DNA of 64,000 nt from positions 1,612,001 to 1,676,000 of the forward strand of contig VJWM01000044.1 of NCBI GenBank assembly GCA_010909165.1. The letters are read 5' to 3'. This stretch comes from Anthoceros angustus. Lineage: Eukaryota; Plantae; Anthocerotophyta. The notes below the pieces were generated by a model. It was not told where the DNA came from and did no database searches. It saw only the letters and a list, made by a program, of their open reading frames with translations. The position numbers were made by a program, and so were the translations under genes. Of the stretch, positions 13,401 through 23,019 are shown piece after piece (the first letter of the stretch is position 1; each line of letters opens with the position of its first letter).

Positions 13401-13800
13401 AGGCTTCTGATTCCTTTTCTTCAAATACTGCACCCAACCGTATCTCTGTCAGCTCGAACATCTGGATGAAAGCCTTTAAAGCTGACAGTCCAAAACATAT
13501 CCACACACACACACGAAGAATCGCTCACGGCCGCATTAATATTCCCCGGAGTGTTCCTGATCTTGCAAGCTTCCAAACCAAGTAGTACGCATTCCACCAA
13601 AGCCATCACCACGGTCCTCAAGATTGAAAACGCACAATTCACTTCAACAGCATCTGCTTGGAGATCTAGGACGATACTTTTCCAAGTTTGTGAAGGCCTC
13701 TCTCCATAAGCAAAGACGCGATGACAAACATGGAGACTGCTGTTGCCACAGCCCATGTAGGAGTTTGCTCCAACGAGGTATTCGTTTCCGATTCCGCCAT
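10478..13800 (-). CDS. MLO: MLO family protein, copy 4 (15 exons)
   Basis: MAESETNTSLEQTPTWAVA, ELMLLGFISLLLT, EGLHQLHIFIFVLA, KFDFHDYIIRSMEVDFKVVVGIS, NAFELA, CSYSTLPLYALVNQMGS, ALHGWH; canonical introns. Confidence 0.96.
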
Positions 13801-14501
13801 CCCTCAATTCCTCACTACTCCCCCCCGAGATTCCGCCGGCGAACTGCAGGCACTTGACTAACATGCCTCTCAGACTCCGCAAACGTCGAGCACTGCCCGC
13901 TGCTCTGCAATCGCTGCAAAGGCTGATCGGTCGAAATGTATCCACGACCGCTCAACCTACCATATGCTTCAATGACCTTGTACGAGCTGTGCTACATTTG
14001 GATACCCAATGCCGCTTGTGGGCAGGAATCGGAGACGCTTTCCCAGAGACGTCCGCCTCACAGACTGCAGGACAAGAGTCCGCCGGACTGTAACGAGGAG
14101 CTCCTTTCATGGCTGATGGATCCCTTTTTATCCTCGATTAGCTTCCCCGGGTCTTACTGTAGAGTAGAATCTTTTTCTTCTGGGTGACTAACACTGGCGG
14201 TGAGAGTCTCTCACACAAGCGTTGATTTTACTGCCGCGGGTTCCTTATCTTACGCGTCACAGGTTGCTTTACGCAAGTCCCGTTTCTGTTCCGTTAAAAT
14301 GTCGCACTTCCAGAATTCTCGCCCCCGCGGGCCTTCACGAGGGACCCCATTTCGTCCGTTCATAACTGACCCATGTGCGTGCGGGGCGGCGGGTAGTACG
14401 GGGATCCGTTTAAGAGCTCTCACACCGGAGGTAGGTAGGGAGGGATTTAGGTTAGGCCAGTCGTGTGAGACGCGCATCCCGAGTCCTTCCAACATCAGGG
14501 C

Positions 14502-15395
14502 ATGGCGGAACGAGACTTCCGCCTGCTGCTCTCTTGCCCTAGCGGCTTACCGCGTGCGGGGCTTCGTGTGGATCTGAGCGAAGAGCACGACAGGGAGGCG
14601 CACCCGGAACAGGCGCTGGAGCAGAGCATCGCTGCGACGTGGAAGCACCGGCTGGCGGAGCAGCCGGATCTCTTCAACGGCACCAAGTTCAGGTATGGCG
14701 GATGCGCGGAGGGCGCGGACGGGGCGGCCCTGCTGCGCCTCGGCTTGACGGACTACATGAGCTTCGTGGGGACCAATCTTAGCTCCGAGTGGGAGCGGTT
14801 CTTGGAGGAGGACGCGGATGACACTCGCCGGGGCAGGCACTGCGCGAATCCGCTCGGCAACGGCGCCGTGGTGGAGACCGCGGACGGGCTTATCCTGACG
14901 CTGCGCCGGAGCGGCCGCGTGGGGGAGTTTCCGGGGCATGTGGTGTTCCCCGGGGGCCACTCGGAGCCGGAGGAGGTAGGGATTCGCGGGCACGGCGATG
15001 CCCGCGGGCGGGAGAAGGTGAACGGCGTGATCGCGCAGGAGATGTTCGATGGAATTGTGAGGGAAGTGGTGGAGGAGACGGGAGTGCCGGCTTCCGCGCT
15101 CCAAGAACCTCTCTTCATCGGAGTCTCGCAGCGGGTTGTGAACGTGCGCCCTACCGCATTCTTTTACTTGCGATGCTCGCTCCCAGCTGCGGAGGTTCAG
15201 CGGCTGTATGCCGATGCTGTGCACTCTTTCGAGTCCACGCAGCTCCGTGCCATCTCTCCCAAGCAACTTGAAACAGAGGCTCAAGAGATGCCGGGCTGTC
15301 ATCAGGGTGGCGCTGCCCTCTACAGGCTCATGAAAGACGACCGGGGTATGAAAGAAATCTCTCTTCACAGCTGCACAATTCCAGGAGATAAGTGA
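14502..15395 (+). CDS. Nudix hydrolase, plant NUDX9 / NUDT22-like, intronless
   Basis: LFNGTKFRY, LGLTDY..FVGTN, PLGNGAVVET.DG, VFPGGHSEP, split Nudix box REVVEETG, MPGCHQGG. Confidence 0.88.
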   Translation: MAERDFRLLLSCPSGLPRAGLRVDLSEEHDREAHPEQALEQSIAATWKHRLAEQPDLFNGTKFRYGGCAEGADGAALLRLGLTDYMSFVGTNLSSEWERFLEEDADDTRRGRHCANPLGNGAVVETADGLILTLRRSGRVGEFPGHVVFPGGHSEPEEVGIRGHGDARGREKVNGVIAQEMFDGIVREVVEETGVPASALQEPLFIGVSQRVVNVRPTAFFYLRCSLPAAEVQRLYADAVHSFESTQLRAISPKQLETEAQEMPGCHQGGAALYRLMKDDRGMKEISLHSCTIPGDK

Positions 15396-15574
15396 AGGAA
15401 GGATCTCGTTGTCCTAATCGAATATGTAATGTTGCGATTGAGGTCTTTGTGCAAACACTTCAAGTGTTCGCGTCGTCAAACTCCCATCACTACACACTCA
15501 TGAACCAACTCCAGCCTGATTAATCAAAGGCGACATTTATTACCAGAAAATCAACTCCAACCTAATCCACAATA

Positions 15575-15923
15575 CCGTACCCCGAGGGGTGGTTCAACAG
15601 GATAATGTCGAAATAATTATTTTTTTAAAAAATAAGTCCAACATAAATTATTTATATTTTTCAAAATTTCAACATTTACAAAAAATAATTTTATCAAATT
15701 TCAACATTTATTAAAATACATAAGTATATATATATAACTAATGGATATGTATAGATCTCCCCTAAATAGGCCCTAATTTTCCACACAAATCCTAGTTTCC
15801 TTATTTTCGGCATCATAAACTCATAAATTTTTACCTATTCAACAATTTAAGTACAATAATTTCTAGATTTTTAACTTTTATTAATTTTAATTAATTAACG
15901 CCGAATCACCCCTTGGGGTACGG
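15575..15923. mobile_element. MITE, Tc1/mariner-type (TA target-site duplication)
   Basis: TA|ccgtaccccgaggggtggttc ... gaatcaccccttggggtacgg|TA: 21-bp terminal inverted repeats with 2 mismatches, very AT-rich non-coding interior. Confidence 0.85.
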
Positions 15924-16093
15924 TAGTCAAAAACAAAGTCACCAGCGTTTCAAAAGCTAGTCTCGGCAGCAAGATGGATTCAAGGCGCAATCCTTGTGCC
16001 GAACATGTTTGCCTGGTTGAACTTGTGGAAGACTAGTATGGATGGCACTTAGCCTATACTCCACAAGGGCATTTTTTTAAGTGAAGGAGGTTA

Positions 16094-16169
16094 ATGGCTT
16101 CCCATAGGTTGGTTTAATTCGATGCATGGCTTCCCATGCATTTTTTTAAACCAACCTATGGGAAGCCAT
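16094..16169. repeat. Perfect 24-bp inverted repeat with nested 8-bp hairpin
   Basis: atggcttcccataggttggtttaa (16094-16117) is the exact reverse complement of ttaaaccaacctatgggaagccat (16146-16169); inner atgcatgg-cttc-ccatgcat. Confidence 0.9.
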
Positions 16170-16235
16170 GAATCGAATTCGATTCCATGTGCTACACTGC
16201 ATACGTTTGCTACACAAGGAGTAGTTTGAAGAGTT

Positions 16236-16950
16236 TTGTCACTGACAGCCTTAGGTGTTTGGGCAGATTGAGTGAGGAAATCGGATTTCCATCCACAACA
16301 CTGTGGTTGTGCTTGCTGATAGGTGCCATTGAATAACGGGCTTGAGCATAAGGGCACTACGCTGGGATGCAAAACGGGATGAGATCAATTGGCAGCTTGG
16401 ATGGGATTGGATGAGCTGGAAGACTGATATGGATGGCACTTGGCCCGTTCCTCACAAGTGCATTCTAGCATGTGTCTGTCTGCGTACACATTCAGGAAGC
16501 AGACTAAGGAGGAAGGCTGCCTAATCCAGCTCCAATCCTTCAATCGTGTTCTTATGTTTTTCCACTGGAAAACTGGTCCATCTTGAGTTGACTCGGTTTT
16601 TGCGGCTGTGCCTTCCCAGGATATTCCCCTCCGGATGCCGATCGACATTTCACAGATGCTGCCACAACACTTTATTCCGATTGGTCCAGCTCCGCACACT
16701 CCAGAATTTCGTTGAACACTGTGAGCTTTCTGTGATGCAGAATGCACGTAACCTAGTGGTATCGAGCTACCTGTCACTGTAAGGCTTCAGAACGGAGGTA
16801 TGGCGATGGTGTGTTCGTTTCCCGCACCGTTTGTTTGAGGGGGTTTTGTCACAGTCAGCTTTAGGTGATTGGGCAAATTGGATGAAGATCTTGATCTCCA
16901 ACACTGTGCTTGTGCTGTGCTGATAGGTGCCATTGAATGACGGCCTTGGG
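16236..16950. repeat. Diverged ~110-bp direct repeat, two copies (~16236-16350 and ~16846-16950), upstream of the ankyrin gene
   Basis: Shared ttgtcac..cagc.ttaggtg.ttgggca...caacactgtg.ttgtgct..gctgataggtgccattgaat.acgg. Confidence 0.8.
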
Positions 16951-17062
16951 CAGAAGAGCAGCCACGCTGTGATGCAGGATGGGAGGAGAGTAAACACTGG
17001 TGCTGGGACGTGCACTTGTTAGTGATTTAGCATTTACTGCTTTCACTCCACAGCTCACTCCC

Positions 17063-19132
17063 ATGGACTCGGCAGCTTTTGTGAAAGCAGCAGAAGTTGG
17101 TAACCTGCAGGAAGTGAATGAATACCTCCTGAAGCACGCAGGTAACATGCCTGACTTCCGGCCACCTCTTGATTTCAGGGTTGAAGCAGTGCACAAGGCA
17201 GCAGAAAACAGGCACGTTTCTGTGGTCGAGACCATTGTTCGGCAATGGCCAAACGTTCTATCTCATGACGTCGACCAATTGGGTCGTACACTGTTGCACA
17301 TTGTTGCGAGGACAGGGCAGGAAGATATGGTAGACCTTTTCTCCCCAAGCGACCGGGAGAGGATACAGGTGAATGCTAAGGCTAAGGGTGAGATCACGCC
17401 TCTCCATCTAGCTGCATTTTGTGGTCATGTAGCAGTCGTGAAGCTGCTTTGTGGCTGGAAAGGCGTTACTTTGGCTGAAACTACCGCTGAGCAGCTGAAC
17501 GCTTTGCATATGGCATCACAACAGGGGCATGGGGACATCGTGCGTGTGCTAATAGATGCTTGTCGCACACAAAGCCCTAACAGCCTGACAGCATTTGTCA
17601 ATGCCCAAGACTTTTTGGGTCGAACACCCCTCCATTATGCGTGCGGAGGTGGCCATGTTGATGTGGTGAAGGAGCTGTTAGGCCTGATGGAAGTGGACCC
17701 GAGCGTACCTGACAAGGTCATGGGGCTGGTACCTCTCCACTTGGCAGCTTGGATGGGCGATCGTGCTGAGGTAGTAAAGATGCTTTTAGGTGTGCCTGCA
17801 ATCGACCACAACGCACAGGTTGCTCCTGATGAGAATGCAGCCATCATATCCGCTTTGTCCCATTTGCAGAACAATGAAGAGGTGCCCGAATTACCTTGCC
17901 CGAAGTGGACAGAAGCCGTCCGTGAAACCAGCTTGACATGGAAGGAGACAAACACCTGGGACGAAGTATATGAGATAGTACTCTCCATAGGCGGCGGCAC
18001 CGCACTTCATCTGGCTTGTCAACAAAATCACAAAGCTGTGGTGGAAGCTCTCTTACAGCATTCCAAGGTCGAGGCGAATCCGGTGGATAACAATGGCATG
18101 ACTCCTATACACTATGCCGCAGCCGAGGGCCACCTGGAAGTGTTAAAAGTCATGGTCTCGGAGTCTAAAGTGGATCTCAATCCTCAAGTCAGAGCTCCAG
18201 GGAAATACTGGCATGAAAGGGCATATCGTCTGGACACCCCTTTGCATCTAGCAGTCCGCAGGGGAAGGCTGTCCGCTGTGAAAGAGCTGTGTGCAAACCC
18301 CAACTTGAGGCTCAACAGCGAAAACTGGAAACGGAGGACTGCACTGCACCTGGCATGGATTACCCAACACGACAACCATGAAGACATCAAGGACCTGCTC
18401 CTGGGACGGCCCGATGTGAAGAAATATGTGGATCTCATGGAACGGGACAAACAGAGTCTGCAAAACTCCGCAAACGGACTCCTTGTGGTGGGCACGCTTA
18501 TAGCCGGTCTCTCCTTTGCAGCAACAATCACACCACCCGCATGGATTCCGGTAGACTCCATGTCCCCATCCCCTGCCCCCAACTCATTCCGAGCTGCTGA
18601 TGACCGGCTACCATCCCCCCTGCTCAGCTTCTGGTGGTTCAATCACCTCACCTTCTTCTTCTCCCTGGTGGGTTTCACCGCCGCCGTCACATGCCTGCTC
18701 CCTTCCCCAATCGGCTCCAAGAACTTGTTCGTGGCGGTGGAGGTGCTGTACCTCAACCGCCTTGTCATCGTCAGCACCATCATGGTCATCACAGCTGCAT
18801 TCTTCGCCAGCTGCGCCTTCCTGGCAGCTGAGCGTGCGAACCTGGGGGGCAGCTTCCCGGAGAAGTCCGCCAGACTGATGGGGGCCGTGCTGCTGGGAGT
18901 CACTTACAATACGTGCTGGGTTGGGCTGCTCCTTCCCAACCTGTGCCGTTTCGTCAAGAGCTTCTGGCCCGATCCCTTTGGCCTGGGAGCAGACGCTGCC
19001 GAAATGCGAGCATGCAAAAATCCCTCCGCAAAGAAACAGGTGATCTACTACAAAATCCTGAACACCTTCATCACCCACGTCTTCTTCAGCGCAGTCTGCG
19101 TCTTCATGTTCTTCAAGCTATACGGAGCTTGA
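17063..19132 (+). CDS. Ankyrin-repeat protein with C-terminal PGG transmembrane domain (ACD6/ITN1-like), intronless
   Basis: About 10 ankyrin repeats (GRTLLHIVA, TPLHLAA, GRTPLHYAC, GMTPIHYAA...), then NSANGLLVVGTLIAGLSFAATITPP and 4-5 hydrophobic helices; first ATG at 17063. Confidence 0.9.
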   Translation: MDSAAFVKAAEVGNLQEVNEYLLKHAGNMPDFRPPLDFRVEAVHKAAENRHVSVVETIVRQWPNVLSHDVDQLGRTLLHIVARTGQEDMVDLFSPSDRERIQVNAKAKGEITPLHLAAFCGHVAVVKLLCGWKGVTLAETTAEQLNALHMASQQGHGDIVRVLIDACRTQSPNSLTAFVNAQDFLGRTPLHYACGGGHVDVVKELLGLMEVDPSVPDKVMGLVPLHLAAWMGDRAEVVKMLLGVPAIDHNAQVAPDENAAIISALSHLQNNEEVPELPCPKWTEAVRETSLTWKETNTWDEVYEIVLSIGGGTALHLACQQNHKAVVEALLQHSKVEANPVDNNGMTPIHYAAAEGHLEVLKVMVSESKVDLNPQVRAPGKYWHERAYRLDTPLHLAVRRGRLSAVKELCANPNLRLNSENWKRRTALHLAWITQHDNHEDIKDLLLGRPDVKKYVDLMERDKQSLQNSANGLLVVGTLIAGLSFAATITPPAWIPVDSMSPSPAPNSFRAADDRLPSPLLSFWWFNHLTFFFSLVGFTAAVTCLLPSPIGSKNLFVAVEVLYLNRLVIVSTIMVITAAFFASCAFLAAERANLGGSFPEKSARLMGAVLLGVTYNTCWVGLLLPNLCRFVKSFWPDPFGLGADAAEMRACKNPSAKKQVIYYKILNTFITHVFFSAVCVFMFFKLYGA

Positions 19133-19952
19133 GGATCCAACTCTTGAATCACCTCCCTTCAGGATTGCAGACATTTTCATCCCCTTCACAAAATGCAAAG
19201 AATGCCAGATGTGTTTGTGCAGGGGCACCGGGGAGATCCTTTGCCGGGCCACGTGGAACGAACGTGGGCAATTTTCTTTTTGTAGAGCATGGGCAATATT
19301 AATGTATATTATATTTTTAATTAATAAAACATATAAGGACTTCGTATAAGCAAAGAAACACTGTTTTGCTGAGGTGAGTAGGTAGTAATTACAACTCACT
19401 TAGACAGAGGTCGAGAACGTCATTTTCAAGTTAGTAAGTTATGGCTAGCACTAAGTAAATATTTGGTTAGGGTTTAAGAAAGTTAACATGCCTAGAAGGG
19501 AATTACTTAGCGATGCTCAAAAAAGTCATCCTCATTTTAGTAAGTTATGATTAATAGTAAGTAAATATGCACTTCGGATTTAAGAAAACTAACCAGCCTA
19601 GAAAAGAAACTATTGGGCAATACAGGGTATTTAAGAGTAGCCTTAGCAAATAACCTGAACTCTCTCTCACTCCCTCACTCTTGTTGAGAAGACTCTAAGA
19701 GCCTAAGGGATGCTAGAAAGGGGTGGGCTAGTCTCCCTTGAACAAGACCTCACACGAACGCTTCTTTCGATTTTCTGTATCCTCCTTTTAAGGGGAGATT
19801 GAGGAGAGTTTGCTGCTGAGTGTTGGAGCCGAGGTGCGTAGATAGTCAGCACTGTCTGACTTATTTTTTTCTCTTAAGTTAATGAAGTTATTCATTTTTT
19901 TGCATCTTATATCTTATTTCTATAGTACAGAGGTGGAAATTCCGTACATGAA

Positions 19953-20834
19953 ATGGTTCAACCAAGATTACCTTTCAAGGCCTTAAGTTCTGAGAAAATG
20001 GTGAAGTCAAAGAATCTAAGTAAACGTATATTATTGCGGACAAGAAATATTTTGAATGATAATCCAATGAATAATGACAAGTTAAAGAGAGCAAAAAACA
20101 TTTTAAAAGAAAAATCAATGAATAATAACAAGTTAAAGAGATTGATAAAGGAGGTCTTGCGAAAGAAGAAAATTGAAAAAATGTGTCATCATGCAAAAGA
20201 ACAAGTAGCAACATCTACTTTTTTTGCTCAACTTTGTGAGCAAATGCAAACCTTCTCGCAAAACGATCTTCAAGTGTATAAACAAATCGTTGTATATGCG
20301 TTAGGAGACATCAGGGCTTCGGAACAATCACGATACCAATTGGGTCTCACATTGTTGCTGAAGGAAACTCTTCCCTCTATTGAGCAGATCTTGTTGTATG
20401 ACCCTAAATGGGACAATGACAAACTTCAACAAATTGTCTTAGAAGACTTTGGCTGTCATATATTGGCTAGTAATAATATGGGAGAGTTACGTTTTTCTAG
20501 ACCAACAATATTTTACATGCCTCACTGTCCTGAAGATGTTTACGAAGCGACTTTGAGGTTTAATGCACACTTGCTATTGTCAAAACGAGCGATAATTCTT
20601 GGAAACAGTTTGAAAAGATATCGTGACATTTGGTTAAAAGAAAAGTCATATATGAATATTGAGCGCGAAAACCTCTTGAACATTGGCAAGGTTGTAGAAG
20701 AGTATTCCATCCCAATTGGAGACACAACAAACTTAAAGACAGCTTTTAATGCAAACACTATAAGTTGGCATATTTTTTCATCTTCATCAGCTACGTCTCA
20801 AACTAGTGCGGGTGCTGCAAGTAATACATTATGA
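19953..20834 (+). CDS. SRR1-domain protein (Sensitivity to Red light Reduced 1-like)
   Basis: IVVYALG, SRYQL.L.LLL, YDP, PTIFYMPHC..VYE, IILGNS, AFN..SWHIF; possible 5'-UTR intron (gtgcgt ~19833 to tatag ~19925). Confidence 0.75.
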   Translation: MVQPRLPFKALSSEKMVKSKNLSKRILLRTRNILNDNPMNNDKLKRAKNILKEKSMNNNKLKRLIKEVLRKKKIEKMCHHAKEQVATSTFFAQLCEQMQTFSQNDLQVYKQIVVYALGDIRASEQSRYQLGLTLLLKETLPSIEQILLYDPKWDNDKLQQIVLEDFGCHILASNNMGELRFSRPTIFYMPHCPEDVYEATLRFNAHLLLSKRAIILGNSLKRYRDIWLKEKSYMNIERENLLNIGKVVEEYSIPIGDTTNLKTAFNANTISWHIFSSSSATSQTSAGAASNTL

Positions 20835-21382
20835 GAGGAGGAAGAGGAGTTGAAGCAGCATTTTATTGAGTTATTATTATTATTAATAGAGAGTTCAAGT
20901 AGCTGACACAACATATCTGAAAATTTCCATTGTTTTATTATTGGCTGGATAATATGTGATAAGATAACGGATTCAAAATCATCCGTTGCCTGTCCGATAA
21001 ACAGAAGATCAAATAGAAATTGTAAAATATAAATATAAATATAAAATAAAGGTACAAATTTACCTTAATTTCATACGAAAAGATGTCCAGGTACCCGCAC
21101 TCGCACGGCACCGGACGGAGTCCGGGACTTAGCCGTAGAAATCATGTGGCCAGGTGCGGGGCCCGCTGACATTGGTGTACTTCATGGACATGTCTCTCAC
21201 ATTGCCATTAACATCCATGAAGTAGAGATCGTCTATACGGTCCAGCAATTCACCGGCCACCGGCCCGGGGTCATTTGAGCGGGGCATTTTTGTCTTTTGG
21301 TTTGTATGTTATTACACTTGTCTTGCTTGAGGTCATAGCAGATGCTTTGGTTCGGTGGTTTTCCCTCTATATCGAAGAAGTC

Positions 21383-21730
21383 CCGGTCTCAACCCATCGA
21401 GTTTGCATTTTGTGTGTCGGACTGTTAAACACATGTTTTACACTTTTACACCCTATGTCTGGACAGGGTAACCCTTGTTGGGTTTGGCGCCGGTCTCAAC
21501 CCATCTAGTTTGCATTTTGTGTGTCGGACTGTTAAACACATGTTTTACACTTTTACACCCTATGTCTGGACAGGGTAACCCTTGTTGGGTTTGGCGTCAC
21601 CCGGGTTGCCCTTGTTGGGTCCCTTGTTGGGTTTGGCGTCACCCGGGTTGCCCTGGCCCTTGTTGGGTCCCTTGTTGGGTTTAGCGTCACCCGGGTTGCC
21701 CTTGTTGGGTCTGGCGTGACCCGGGTTGCC
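21383..21730. repeat. 107-bp tandem duplication followed by a modular minisatellite (30/12/6-bp units)
   Basis: ccggtctcaacccatc...gggtttggcg at 21383 and 21490, then ccttgttgggt / ttggcgtcacccgggttgcc modules. Confidence 0.9.
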
Positions 21731-22358
21731 GGTGGCATACAGAGGTATATACATATTCATATGGCAGATTGAGAGGGTATGGACTACATGGTCATGCCCG
21801 CTCTGCACTAGGGAGTCAGCGGACCGGACTAACCACAAACTGAACTTCATTGACCGGGCACGTGCTCTTGACTTTACAGTGTACACTGTACAATGTACAG
21901 TACGTCGTTGTAGAAATTCCTTCTCCTCCTCCTTCAGGCCTTGGAGCCTTCGTGCCGAAGCGTCTTCCGGCGAGAATAGCTTGCAAGGAAGGACAAGACT
22001 GTGATGCAGTGTGGCCGCCTGGATGTGCCGGCGCTTGCACATCACTTCCCTGGTTTGCTTCCCTCACAGGATCACAGCGGAACCATCCAGGTGTGAAGAC
22101 AGTTAAGAGGGAGGAATGGCACGTGCGGCCTTCGACCTTCCGACGTCTTTCCAGGTGAGAATTCGCAGCTGCAGCTCGCGATGCTGCATACCTGCGTCTC
22201 GCCATGTCAAAAGTTTCCTCTCCACGTTCTAACCTCGTTTTTCTCGGCCGCAGAATACGCAAAATCCGCAGAATGTGGGACATGGAGGTGGAAATGGAGA
22301 TCTCATTCAGGACACTCAGGTGAGGAGGCGCCGGACTCACCTTTTGATGCAGCAATGA

Positions 22359-23003
22359 GTGGCGTGCCGGCTTGCCTCTGCTTCATCTGCTGCTTCCGCG
22401 ATGCAGACGGGCGACGACCGGAGCCAGGGGTTTTTTGGGTTTTTTGAGTTTTTTGCCAAGTCCCAGCTTAAAACGGTCGACGGCGAGGCGAACAAGCTGC
22501 TGGTGGTGTCCGGCTTGATCATCACGCTCTCATTCGCCGCCGTGCTGCAGCCTCCCGGGGGCATAAATACGGATCCAAGCAACGGCAAGAAGGTCGGATC
22601 GGCAAACCTGCTGATCGTGGAGTCGAACGCTTTCTGGATCTTCTTCGTAGCAAATGGCTGCGCCATGGCGTTTGCTTCTTTCGCTGTCTTCATCTTGGTG
22701 TCGATCCCGGCCAGGACGGATATGCAAGCCTTCGTGATTCGGGGGAGTGGGACAGCGCTCTGCTTTCTATCGATCCAGTGTTCCCTGGCAGCATTTTGTG
22801 CGTCGGTGTGGATTATCGTAGGCAAGGAAAAGGGCAAGGTCATACCCTTCATTGTCGCTGCTTCCTTCCTAAATCTCTGCTTTTTCTTCTTCATCTTCGG
22901 CAGAGCTGTACGCCGGGTGAGAAAGGAGTTCAAGAGCGCCAAAGCAAAGTTCAAGGTTCGCAGACAACGTAAGAGAGCCTGGAGACCAAATTTGCCGGTG
23001 TAG
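22359..23003 (+). CDS. Stand-alone PGG-domain membrane protein (no ankyrin repeats in the ORF); start uncertain
   Basis: EANKLLVVSGLIITLSFAAVLQPPGG followed by AFWIFFVANGCAM and three more hydrophobic helices, basic tail. Confidence 0.78.
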   Translation: MACRLASASSAASAMQTGDDRSQGFFGFFEFFAKSQLKTVDGEANKLLVVSGLIITLSFAAVLQPPGGINTDPSNGKKVGSANLLIVESNAFWIFFVANGCAMAFASFAVFILVSIPARTDMQAFVIRGSGTALCFLSIQCSLAAFCASVWIIVGKEKGKVIPFIVAASFLNLCFFFFIFGRAVRRVRKEFKSAKAKFKVRRQRKRAWRPNLPV

Positions 23004-23019
23004 GATGGTTCTTACGGAT

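Noticed and set aside
14547-15368. 273-aa antisense ORF over the Nudix gene
   Set aside because: Shadow ORF from GC-rich codon usage; no recognisable motifs
19240-19290. Helitron 3'-end-like hairpin (ccacgt..acgtgg), and a Helitron 5'-like AT tract at ~30820-30880
   Set aside because: No CTRR terminus at the expected distance and no matching partner end
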